DNA of 48,902 nucleotides from Azolla caroliniana. Taxonomy: Eukaryota; Plantae; Polypodiophyta. The position numbers were made by a program, and so were the translations under genes. Where the stretch lies: assembly GCA_043228905.1 (NCBI GenBank), contig JBHGNT010000225.1, positions 1-48,902 of the forward strand, written 5' to 3'. The notes under the pieces were generated by a model. That model was not told the DNA's origin. It ran no database searches and saw nothing but the letters and a program-made list of their open reading frames with translations. Below, one piece after another: positions 24,074 to 35,547 of this stretch (position 1 is the first letter of the stretch; every line of letters begins with the position of its first letter).

Positions 24074-27000
24074 AGAAGACTAAAAAACTCAGATTCAACC
24101 TCCCTGTACAAACAAATGTGTTGAGAGAGCACTTTTATACAAGTCCTTAAAGGACGGTCAGAAGTACTGACAAGTACTTCAATGCTCATAACTAAGCTAC
24201 TGACATTAACTCCTAAAAATATAACTGCCTACTAAACTAGGAGTGTAGGCCTCAAAGCTTACTGGCTCCCCGCGGATCCGGCTCTCCAATCCGGCCCATG
24301 TTGAGCTTGCTTCTCGGCACTAATCAATAGAGACCCAAGGTAACAATAGGAACATAAACGCAAGGAAAACTAACAACAAAGCCCACGATCATCGATGAAC
24401 ACTCATTTGACATCTTAACCTTAATGTGTATGTACATGTCAATGAGATCATGTCATGCAAAATGCCATGGTCAGTCTCTAAAAGGAGAGGTTTGCGACTT
24501 TAAGTCAAAGTGGATGATATGACGTCAAGGCAAATAATATGAAATTAGAAATAAGAGACCTAAAGAATGTATACATGGAAATATCTTCACAAGTTTATGC
24601 AAAACATGTATGTAATAAGAGGGAAGGTCATCATTGAAACCATGCAAGCAAAAAGCAACCCAACTTACGCTAGACAAGGCCAACTGGATAACAAAAGCTT
24701 CATATCAAAGTGGATGATATGACGTCAAGGCAAATAATAGGAAATTAGAAATAAAAGACCTAGAGAATGTATACATGGAAATATCTTCACAAGTTTATGC
24801 AAAACATGTATGTAATAAGAGGGAAGGTCATCATTGAAACCATGCAAGAAAAAAGCAACCCTACTTACGCTAGACAAGGCCAACTGGATAACAAAAGCTT
24901 CGTTTAATAATGATAGTATTGGTATATATTAAACATATGATACATATGAACATAGAGCTACATTTGTAATACTAAAAGGTATGCCAAAAAATGGGGTCGG
25001 AACCTTTTAAACATTTCTTCCTTCTTTCAAGGATACACTTTTCCATGTTGAGGATCATTGTATACATTTGTGCATGATAAATGGGTAGGACCCAATTGCC
25101 TCGACTATGAATGTGCATACGCAGTATGTTGAGCACCTAGGAAATATTATCATTCTTCATCTACCAATGGGGTATATCCTAAAGCTGCTAATTTTTTCAT
25201 AAGTACAAAGGATTGTAGCCCCCAACAACAACAAGATGATACAAAGCTTATGTGGATTGATTGGAGATCAAATTAATCAAGATATTTATCATCAATCTAC
25301 ATATTGTTGAGAATTATTACCAAATTACCTATTTTTTGGGTTGGGGAATTTAGGGTTGTTTATAATTAAACCAATACTTTGGTGGGGAATTTTATGCTAA
25401 GTCACTCTCTTAGTGAGCCCCCAATGGAGATTTCAAGTTTCTTTAGTTTTATATAAATCCATGGCATTGTTGGATCTAGTAGAACCAATATGTAGATCTA
25501 TCATCTATACCTCTTCTACAATAAACTAGTATGCACCTTTGTAACCATAAATTTGATGCTCTTCTATGTCTTAAGAAGCCTTTTTGACTCACTAGGAACA
25601 AAATTTGTCTTTCTTGATCATCTTTTCATTCAATGGCTGTTTGTTTCAAGATCTACAAGTTGGTTGACTGATCATTGCAATTCTCTAATTAAAAAACATT
25701 GCAACTTTATCTTAAACACTTTAGCTAGCTCATACAAGCATGAATATCTATCACATACCACGGTTGGCTATCAACTCTCATCCATTCTCCTTAAACAAAA
25801 AATGCACATATTGCCCATGCTAACTTTTTATTAATTTGTCTCACAAAAATTTTCACGTGATTATTGTGTATGGTACTTATCCTAAAAGTTGTTCTTCACT
25901 TTGTAAGCTCATTCTTCAACACACATATGTTTTGAGTATGTGTAAACATACACAAACCATATGTTGCTTACGTCTTCAATGTTCATATTCAAGTAAAGTC
26001 AAAGGTAAGTTAACTTATTTAATAAACTCATTTTATTTGCAAGGCTAGAGAGTAAGCAGTGGGTATAATCTCAATTACTCTAATAGACAAATGCTCGAAA
26101 GGGACATAATGAGTGCTTATAATATTCATAACTTTCATTTCTTGACCGATTCAAGATACTTTTCATTTGCTTTTGACTTTTAAAAAAGAAAGACATTTTT
26201 CCATACATACGCAGCCATGTGCAACTACAAGACACTACTATTAGAAGTTTTATTTAAAGAGAATGGCTATGATATGATGTAAGTCACGAAGTAGTCTACA
26301 TCAATGGGAAGAACAAATGACTTGGTTTAAATGCAAAGTTTTCCTTACTAAGGTCCAATGTGGATTGAGCGAAGATAAGAGACACTTGCAAGCCCTACCT
26401 ATTCTATACATCATAACAAGAGTGGACTCTTTCCTTACTAAGTTTTCCAAATTTCCATTCGTTCTCTAAAGTGGGTCACCATTAAGCAATTGGCACTACA
26501 TGCCCAGATGATACACTAAGGGTAGGTGTTTGATTGGTTCTAAAACTCGGGTTTATCAGTTTAAGCGATTTGGTTTAAAGGTACTAGTATTTCATTCGAT
26601 GGCACCCATAAGAAAAACTTTACTATGTATATATCCGCGTTATTAATTATATATAAGTAATGCATTCTAAAGGATCTCTTGTTTGATTTGTGCAGGGTGT
26701 GAAACGAAAGAGAGAGATTGGAAAATGAATGGCACTTAAGCATGCTACCTGTAAATACCAAGTACCTAGTCATTGAGGCAAGTGCAGAGAGGTCAACTCG
26801 GTGACTGCAAGAGCAATGCATGAGACCAACGGGACGGACATAGCTCATTGAATAAGGTTGTTCGACCAAGACTAGAAGGCAACATTTAATATTGGCATCT
26901 TGGGACATTAGGGAGAATATATACGTGTGTGTGGAAGTGGCATCCAATGTTGGATCTCAAGGCCTTGTGTTTTAGATGGTCAACTAGCTAGTAAAGAAGA

Positions 27001-27851
27001 AGAAGGAGACATGTGAAGGAATTATTACCATGGAGGAGAGTGGATAGGCTGCCATTGGGCATGTAGTCCATGACTAGGAGGGGTTGGTTATTCTTGCTTA
27101 TGAAGTATGCGAAGAAGGGTGCCAAGTGCCGGTGCTCAAGCCCGCCGAGTGCCTCGATCTTCCTCCTTATAATCGACTCTTCTTCGCAATCATCATCATT
27201 GATGCCAAGACTGTGGATAAGCCCCTTGAGCCGCTTAATGACGACCGTAAGCCCGCTCTCCAACACGGCCTTGTAGGACATGCCGAAGCTACCCTTCCCT
27301 AGAAGGACCGCGGATGCCCCCAAAACTTCCATTAGCTTGAATCCCGATCCGCCCCTCCTCATGAACACTAACTCTTTCGACAATGCCACTTCATTGACAA
27401 TTCTATCATCATCCGCAGCCGATCCTGATCCGCCCACGATGATGTTCACATTGGGCACCTCCCTCTTGCCTAATGTCAACTGCTCCTTCCTCATGGTACT
27501 TGGTGATCCACCCCACCATTTATTCATATATGGCATCCAGCGGGCTCGCAATATTATGATGGCCACGATGCCACATACCAGGATGAAGCCTGCGATAGTT
27601 ATTCCTGCAATCACACCCACACTAAGGGTTTTCGATCGATTCTCGTCATTCTCGGGAGATGGAGATGGTGATGGTGATGGTGATGGTGATGGTGATGGTG
27701 ATGGTGATATATCCTGGGCATTCACTACTATAGATAGCAAGATTCGATCCGAGGCGATCCCTAAGTCATGGCATATTAATGTCAATGCGAAAAAGATTTG
27801 TAGAACTAGAATTATATGTAGATTAGCATTAAGAAGAGATCGGATCGGCAT
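16394..27851 (-). CDS. Host receptor-like kinase with an LRR-III-type atypical (HGN) kinase domain and a short Ser-Pro ectodomain; exons 27851-27029 and 17016-16394
   Basis: Hydrophobic N-terminus, (SP)n, TM helix, LGKGSFGMSYKA, VVIKRL, MDYMPNGSLSTLLHG|GSGDGSMEWEKRL, HGNLKSSN, ADYG, YLAPE, DVYSFG. The phase-1 GT-AG intron 17017-27028 joins the exons in frame. The start codon is uncertain (27851 or 27914). Confidence 0.88.
18615..19436 (+). mobile_element. Solo LTR of the TGTCGTG gypsy lineage at the copia RT/RNase H junction
   Basis: TGTCGTG...CGCGATA ends and 4-bp TSD CCGT (18611-18614, 19437-19440). Removing it restores YRHGIAEQLV. TATAAAAGGG near 18846. Confidence 0.88.
20523..21159 (-). 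mobile_element. Solo LTR (TGTTGG...CCAACA) inside the copia
   Basis: 5-bp TSD GTACC at 20518-20522 and 21160-21164. Removing it restores GY-NEY in the copia pol linker. Confidence 0.9.
24505..24901 (+). repeat. Tandem duplication of a 200-bp unit
   Basis: TCAAAGTGGATGATATGACGTCAAGG starts at 24505 and at 24705, and the copies are near-identical through ACAAAAGCTTC. Confidence 0.92.
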
Positions 27852-28953
27852 AATAGTGTAAGAATTAGTGTCGTAACTGGATCTTAATTTGTTTGAATAG
27901 ATTAGCCTTAACATGTTTGTTGTTGAGAAATCAATTGATGATATCTTTGAGGTTGTAAGGCTAGAACAAAATGAGGGTCTAAAGTCAACCTTTTCATGGA
28001 TAAATTGTGACACTTAACATTGTTAAAGGGAAGTTTGAGTGAGGAAAATCTTTATCAAACCTATCGCTCTCTAGACCACTTCAAAGTATAGCGGACAACT
28101 ATGCATTCACAAAATAAGATATTAATGCCCGAAAAATAACCAACACTAGTATAGTCATTAGTATTGGTAAAGATTATCTATCACCTATTGAATTGTTTGA
28201 TTACTATCATAACTCATACTTTTTTAGATGCCAAGTTCATACTCAAGAATATCTATGGTGAGAAACATCATAATCACCCAAACACATATTTTCGATGTAA
28301 ATCTCATGAGTAATGCCACCTCTCTTAAAGATTCAAAATGGTGCAACACAAAAATGCAAATAGGAACATGTTTTTTAACATAATCATTTTCTCATGGTCA
28401 AAACAATACTTTCCGAATAAACATTTGCCTTGCAAAAAGCATAATGAGTGTACATCAAGACAAAAATGACTTAATACAAAATGCCTAAGCCTCTAAAGTA
28501 CTTTCTGAATTTAGACATAGTCAACCATATAGAATACCATTAAAAGTATCTACATGCATGTAAAAGGCTTATTCAAAGAAAAAGAAGAATATGGGAAGTT
28601 CATCTATGCAGTGTTTGATCTCACTTTGGAAAAATTCCTAATAGCCCAATTGTGTATATCTTTCTCTTAAAATTGTATACTCCTTATGACCTTTGAAGAT
28701 CTACAACAAGGACTCTTCAAAATCCCATTGTCATGCCCACATAATCAAGAGAGGATCATGCAGAAAGAAATATAGTCCAAACCACAAACCATGTATCAAC
28801 TGCCTTAGAAGGAGTAAGACTCTTACACCTTCCATGCCAAATCAACAAGGCTAGGATAATACCCTTGGTTGATATTGGATCTTGTGTCAAAATACTCTCT
28901 TTTGGTAAGGTTTGACTTGGATCTCCTTGTTCTCCACGATTGCAAAGACACAC

Positions 28954-29918
28954 TGTCGTGAAGGATTTGCTTCACGATATAAAAATAAATTTAAATATTG
29001 TATTTAATAATATTTCAAACACTTGGACCCACAACCTTATAAACCAAGCACAATGTATATACCACTAGGGTAGGCTATTTGTTTTCAGAAATGTTTTATT
29101 AAGTAAAATTGAGGGACTTGAACCCTCAACCTTGTATATCAAGCACAAAGCATACACCACTAAGCTAAGTCATTTGTTTTAGACTTATATTTCCATCATT
29201 ATACTTATCCCATATATATTTTCATACATGGGAGCTCAAATGAGCATGATGGCTATCATGCATCACATGCAATGCATGTGCGCCAAATGGTGATCATGCA
29301 TCACATGTAACTCATGCATACCATTACCATATGCATGGAAATACTTATAAAAAGAGGGGAAAGGAAAACAAAAGGGAATCAATCAAGAAGAGAAAGTTAG
29401 AGAAATGATATAATCAAACAAACAAGTTAGCTCATTTGGGAAGAGGCTTGTGTTTCGAAGTTGGAGGCAAGGGTTCAAATCTACAGTTCAATAAAAGAAA
29501 AGTCGCATCTTGTGATCGACATTGTGACTTTGGTAAAATCCTGGGTTTTTAATATAATACATATTCTTATCATATTTTCTTACCTCTTCAATCATACATT
29601 GTCTCTATCTCTCATCCTTGTTCGTCTCTCTCTCGTACATTACTTTCAACTTTTATTCCTGCTATCCTGAATCTTTGTGGTAAAATCTTATATTCTTAAT
29701 ATAGATCATGTTAATATCATATACTCTTGCTTCTTAAGTCATATATGGTCTTTGTCTCTAATCTATGCTCGTCTCTTTGTCACACAATACTTTTAACTCT
29801 TATTCTTCTTATCCTTAATCTTCCTAACATTTGTGCGCAAGCTTTATAAAAGTTTCTTCAACTCCCCTTAAACCCTAGTCCCTGTGATTTTGCCACACGA
29901 ACCACAACTACCCCGACA
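28954..29918 (+). mobile_element. LTR-like element starting TGTCGTGAAGGATT, with tRNA-like segments
   Basis: Same first 14 nt as the 18615 LTR, TATAAAAAGAGGGG near 29345, ends CCCGACA at 29918. The flanks do not form a TSD. Confidence 0.55.
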
Positions 29919-29999
29919 GCGTTACTTTAACGCTCCTAATATAATACTCTATTCTCCATGCGTTATGTCCGGCGGTTACAATTCCGGCGGATAACACAT

Positions 30000-30620
30000 T
30001 GGAATAACAATGTTTCCTTTTTGTAACATCCAGTCCTAAATCCTGTGATCTCCATCTAGAGGTGGCACAGGTACTAAAGAAAGTACCAACTTTGTGACTT
30101 GATTCTAGATAACGCGATGATGTGACCCAAGACTATAACGACATGTCATGTCATTGAACCTAATAGGTGACCTTGGTCATTTACCACATATGCAATTGAT
30201 TTTAGCCCCTTCTTTGCTAAAAAATAAGCTTTCCTAGGCTCTTGTTCAGCTAATGACCGTGGGAATATAGCACTCCAATGTAAGCTTTCGAGGCCTAAGA
30301 AGTTCCCTAATTCCGAATTCTTGCCTCTCCATTTTATGTGGTGCAATAATTCCTTCCAGTGCTTTAGAATCTTTAAGCTAAATGGACATCCTTTGATGTG
30401 CTTGTCAAGCTTTCCAAACACTACATCCCAATTGTTAGTATCCCATGAGCCAAATGACTTGGTTTTCAAATTAGCAAACATATGTTCAGCAAAGTTTGGT
30501 AGTAAAGTAGCTTTTCTAGCCAACATATGCAACTGCAAATTAAGAATATTTAGCCCTCCACATAATCGTGGAGTGCATATCTTCTCTCTTGTGATAAGAG
30601 TTGTACACCTCTACGTGACT
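30000..30620 (-). mobile_element. Probable LINE ORF2 C-terminal fragment
   Basis: Trp-rich ORF 30146-30538, preceded by PRLCGGLNILNL, resembles the post-RT region of plant LINEs and of 13293-14040. Confidence 0.5.
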
Positions 30621-30755
30621 ACATAGAGCACAAAAGGTTGCTTATGATTTGTGAAAGTTAGTGTGCGGAAGCGTATGCCAAACCGGCTCTACTGGATAGT
30701 AACAGTAAAGAGAAGAAGGTTTAATGGAAGCTTAGCACAAAGAATAAGCATACAC

Positions 30756-30798
<43 letters not shown>

Positions 30799-31631
30799 GA
30801 ACATAAAACTCTATTAAAAAATAACACTCTATAACTCTGTACATAGAATGTGATCATAGAGCACTTTTAACACCGGGTCATTTGAAACAGGTAATATGTC
30901 GTATTCTCTTTTGGCATAGTTGGCCAGATGTAGAAAAGTACCCTATTTTAGCCTGATATCGAAAATATACGATGCATGCGTACCCCTTTTGCGATTTGAT
31001 GGTTAAATATAGAACAAAAAAAACCTAGCAATTACTAAATTGTATATGTGTCCACATTCGTGTCAATTTGCATATCATGGAGCACAATTGAAGACTTGGT
31101 TCAATATAAAGTTCTAAAATTGGTATCCATATTCAAATTGTAGAGTAAAACTACATAAACCGTAATTATAAATATGTGGTTTTGGGTTTAGGAATAAAGT
31201 AGTACCCCACTTGTTGGACGGGTATATCGATAGTTTCATTGTATAATGTCATATAGTTCATGACAATGTAATTGGTAAGAGTAACAATTACGTACAACAT
31301 TCATTTATACTATGTGGAACCAGTAGACTTGAACCGTAGGTAACTAAAAACCTCTTATTATCAAAAACATTTGCCTTTTCATATACAGTCATGCTAACGG
31401 AAATGAGAGATTACAATATCATGTTAATATCTCAAACTGAAGAAGAGCATGGTGACCAATTATATGTAAATACAAACAACGGTTCCAATAATGATTAAAA
31501 AGGGAAATTATGAACAGGTGAATTTAATTAAACGATAAACAATTACAGATGTTCTCATATACAAATATAATATGAAGTGATGGTGAACATTATGCCTCAA
31601 AATCCTCAATTTTTACATTACGCCATCTACA

Positions 31632-34600
31632 TCAATCTATAAGCAAATCAGGCAGAGCAGGCTCCTCTGGCGCTGATTGTTCTAGACTGTTTTCATTCGT
31701 GTCATCTCCAAGCTCTCCCGAATCTGAGGTATGGTCAAACTGTGCTACATCTTCCAGGTCCACCAGCTCCCCTGCTTCTTCATCAATTGGTTCCATTGGT
31801 TCTCGTGAAGTCATCTGGAACATCTCTGTCTCGTTGATGTGTTTTGCTCCGACTTCTTGATCCTGATCTGGACAGTCCCAGATTCCTGTGATCCTCATTT
31901 TGATGAAGTTAACTTGAGCAGGGTCCTTCTCCAATGCAACACAGTTTCTAAACATCTTCAATGCACAAGCTGTCGTTGTACCTAATGGTCTCATGAACAC
32001 AAACAAGTATATATAAGAAGTAACGTCTTAAACTTGATAGACAAGATTGAAATTAAATATATATATTATACCTGTGCCAGAGAACAAGTCTAGGACCCAA
32101 TCATTTGGATTCGAGAAGAGCTCTATGAGGCGGTTGATCAATCTTTGAGGTTTTTGATAAGGGTTCACCATACTTTTATCCCCTAACACATGTCTTAATT
32201 TTTTGGTTACAGCTGGGCACATGATGTAGTTAACCACGTTACGCTCATTGACATGTGCTCTAGCCTTCTTCTTTGTAATTGAATCATAGTAGCCCACACA
32301 AAAATGTTCGACCACACTAACCATTCGATCGCCAGGGCTACGTGTAATATTTGTTTTGATCCTATAGAGAAAGAAAATCAAGTATTAGAGGTGTAAATGT
32401 GTACATATAATAAGAAGTACTGTAATGAGTAAAAGTGAACTATAACGCACCAATGCATGTGTTCAGTGGCATGACAACGGGACTTCAAAGCTGTTGTGAC
32501 TGACAGTGATTGCCCCATGCTATGAAATATGACTATCCTCCACAAGGGGGCCAATGTCAGTTCTGCGAAATCCTTTACCATTTTCTCAATCTGAGGGTAC
32601 TTGAAAGGCACATCATCATATGTTGATCCCGCAATACGGAAACCATATGGTATGTCAGCTATCAGCAAAGTGTAGTGCCTTCTCGGTAACAGTTCGAGCA
32701 TCTGGGATACTTCGCCATTGAAAACACTATAATGAAGCTGTTTGAAAGGATCGGACCTATGCAAAAAACTCTTTACAGTCTCCGAATCCTTGGGCAATTC
32801 CATTTCCTTCCCTTTGGTCATTCTCTTCTCATATTTCGCATGTTCTAAGTGCGTGATGAAGGCCGCTGGAATACCGTCATTATTGTCGTTGTTCTTTTTC
32901 GATTTTGATGGTTTCTGCAAGTGTCATTGTTGTTAGCAGGGAACATTACTTTCTAACATATCAACATTCAAAAGACACATACCCATTCTCTAAATACAAT
33001 AAAATATTCCTCCAATGCCTTGTAGGAAGAAGTTATCGGGCAGGCTTGTTCAACTTCTTCCCATGTCGGTAAACTCAGTTTTTGCATCATCAACTCCTGA
33101 ATCTTCATGTATACCTTGTGACTGCACAATCAATATGAAATTAGAAATAAGATATTCAAAATAATTGAAGACTTTCATGAAAAGGTATACTATAAACACT
33201 TACTTTTGCAAGTCTGTTACCATCTCGTCCAAACTAAATTCCTTGGCGACCACTCGAGATAGCACGGATATTAACAATCTATCATCTTTGATACCTTGTA
33301 ATGATCTCCAAGGTAAAAGTTTCATGTCCTCTGCTAACTCCTCGATTACCAAGTCGCTTTTTCCCTTGGTCTTTGATTTCATCTCAACTTGTGGATCAAT
33401 TCTTCCCTTTTTTTATCTTTGCCCCTTGACTTCTTTCCGCTCCCACATAGAGAATATTTTGTCTTGGAGATCCCACACCTCTCCGGTCCGAAAAGCTAGT
33501 TGAAACCAAGAATCATATTTTCGGAGACCTTCGGATTTCGTACTCTCATCCACTGCAATCCCTACTTCCAATAAACACTGATGTCGCAATCCAGGCCACA
33601 ATCTTGGACCAAAACGATTCAAGGCATCGAGGTATTCATGATGAAAAAATCTTATCCTCTCTATACATGACATCTTTTGCCTATAATCGTTGTCATTGTT
33701 ATGGTCCCATGTGAGCAACTTCGCCTCCTCGTGAGTTAGTCCTGCATATACCTTACATTCGGCGTATTTGAAGAACGGCGTGAGAGGATATTCTTTGACA
33801 AGCTGTCGTCGAGCTTCGGCCGAATGTGATCCTCCGATTACATAGTATGTGTAATCGTCTGCAGAGCTATACTTGAAATCTGCTACTGTTGGGCATTGTT
33901 CTTGATCAACCATTACCAAAAATGGCACCACAGTAGCGTGAGGATTGATTTTCATTTTGCTTTTCAGGTTTTGGACATGGACGGAGTGCGGCTCCCTAAT
34001 TTCCAAGGGACGTCTTCTAGTCACGGGGTCAATGGGGGGCTTTTGGATAGAAGTAATGGGCAAATGAAATAGCTGGCCCCTGCGCACAAGTTTAGTCTTC
34101 ACAATATTTTCTCTTATTTTATTTTGTTCTGACGTCAGGACACCAGAAGATAGTTGTCCGCCTGGAGCCACGACGTCGACTTGTTAGTCGTCTTCTTCTT
34201 CCACAAACTCTAATATTTCTTCTTCTTCTTCTTCAGGTCGTGGTCGTTTAGTATATTTCTTTTGAACAAGATTTGTCTTCCTAGACTTTTTCGGTGGAGT
34301 TTCTGCTTCACCGGTCATCATCTCTCCTGTCACGTACGGCCGAAGAGCTACCAACAAGTTATTTTTCGTTTGCAGGTCTTTACGCAAAGCCTTGGGATTG
34401 CAAGATTCGGGTACTAGGTTTCCCTCATCAAGTCGCAATCGCCTGTCGCCAACTGAGCTCGAGACGTCGATTAAAATACATGTAGAATCAATGTCTTCGT
34501 ACTCTAGCTTGGTTACATGCCCGTAATTAAATGTTTTTCCAAGCTAAAGTTTCCCTTCCCCGTCCGATTTTGCCGTTATCAATAACAACACCCCATCCTC

Positions 34601-35250
34601 CTCGACATAAGAGAGACACCATTCAAGTTCGGGGTAATCCTTATATTTCACCTCAACCGTTTTCTCCTCTTGTGTACTACCTTTGTTGATTTTGGTAGTA
34701 GCCACAGATGACTTGGATCCTCCTTCCCCCGTTGAGTCAAATAAATTCTTTTTACTTGTGTCCTTCATGAAGGAGCCAGAATCTCGTTTTGTCGGAGATC
34801 GAATCTTCAATCTAAATGAAGGAACTTTTTGTCTAGGTTCACTGAAATTAAAAACGTTGGTGAAAACATAGAAACAATGTACAATTTCATCTAAATCACG
34901 CAAATTATCATTTAAATTACGTCAATTTTATGGTCCCATGCGATAGTTTTTTATCGCAAAAACAGCATTTTCTTCAACCGAAATCCGATGCACTACATCG
35001 GATTTCGGCTGAAGGGAGGACCTTCAGTGCATCGGATTTTGGTTGAAGTCAGGACCTTTCAACCAAAATCCGATGCAGTGCATCGGATTTCGGTTGAAGG
35101 TCCTGGCTTTCAGAATTGCTTTCCAAGTTCGTTATACAAAATAAAATAAAATTTCTATGTGTTGAGGAAAGGAATCTTTAAGGAATCTTTAGGAATCTTA
35201 AAAAATGTAATGAATATTACTAACCTGACGATTTTCTTTCCCTTGTTCAT
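31632..35250 (-). pseudogene. 6-exon fusion of a ParB/Srx-like domain and a beta-class N6A/N4C DNA methyltransferase (about 968 aa; three in-frame stops in exon 2)
   Basis: Exons 35250-35225, 34841-33204, 33121-32983, 32914-32451, 32361-32072 and 31981-31632 are GT-AG and phase-consistent (2907 nt). Motif IV LLIADIPY (DIPY at 32656-32645), WIK, NPYQKPQRLINRLIELFSNPNDWVLDLFSGTG|TT, CVALEKD. ParB-like YYVIGGSHSAEA (GGSHS at 33835-33821) and LTHEEAKLLTWDHN..RQKMSCIE. Confidence 0.88.
34972..35104. repeat. Five alternating copies of TTCAACCRAAATCCGATGCA forming palindromes in intron 1 of the MTase gene
   Basis: Inverted pair at 34972-35014, further half-site at 35028-35047, inverted pair at 35058-35098. 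Confidence 0.92.
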
Positions 35251-35367
35251 GGTTCGTGCCGGAGGTAGTGCTGTCCACGATGTGCTTCTGAGTGCTCGAA
35301 AATTGGCCTGTGCTCTGAGCTCGATGGATTCTTTCACGTGATAATGAAAATGAAATTTTTAACCTCC

Positions 35368-35374
35368 TTATATA
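35368..35374 (-). promoter_or_regulatory. Putative TATA box of the ParB-MTase gene in the divergent promoter region
   Basis: TATATAA on the minus strand, about 120 bp upstream of ATG 35250, within the 297-bp gap before the transposase ATG at 35548. Confidence 0.45.
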
Positions 35375-35547
35375 GAAGACTTTAGCATTATTTTTAAAAT
35401 AAAAAATAATTTTTAATTATTTGTTTTTTAGGAAAATTTCGGAAAATAATATAGTTAATCTAAGTGTTCGGGTAGTTATATAGTTAGGCTTCAGCATTCC
35501 TTAATTTTCTCAAAAGAAGGTTTTAGAATACAGTTAGACTCCCTCAA

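Larger units (their letters stand above)
17363..24319 (-). mobile_element. Ty1/copia retrotransposon, degraded but with both LTRs, inside the RLK intron
   Basis: LTRs 23937-24319 and 17363-17557 (the latter shortened), 5-bp TSD CTAAT, PBS TGGTATCCGAGC at 23925-23936 (tRNA-iMet-like), PPT at 17558-17566. Order gag, PR, INT (HSDVWG), RT (KSLYGLKQAPRAW), RNase H (DADWAG). Confidence 0.95.

Noticed and set aside
25553-26947. Short ORFs in the AT-rich RLK intron
   Set aside because: No motifs or splice support; likely chance ORFs or very old TE debris.
27280-27861. 193-aa plus-strand ORF with a GD repeat
   Set aside because: It is the antisense shadow of the RLK (SP)n/TM exon.
29111-29167. Functional tRNA gene (also 12131-12186 and 47144-47161)
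   Set aside because: No complete cloverleaf or acceptor stem is visible; 47144-47161 is only the retroelement PBS.
31632-35250. Bacterial or phage contamination, or a prophage, as the source of the MTase
   Set aside because: The gene has five phase-consistent spliceosomal introns and lies within TIRs and a TSD inside a plant copia LTR.
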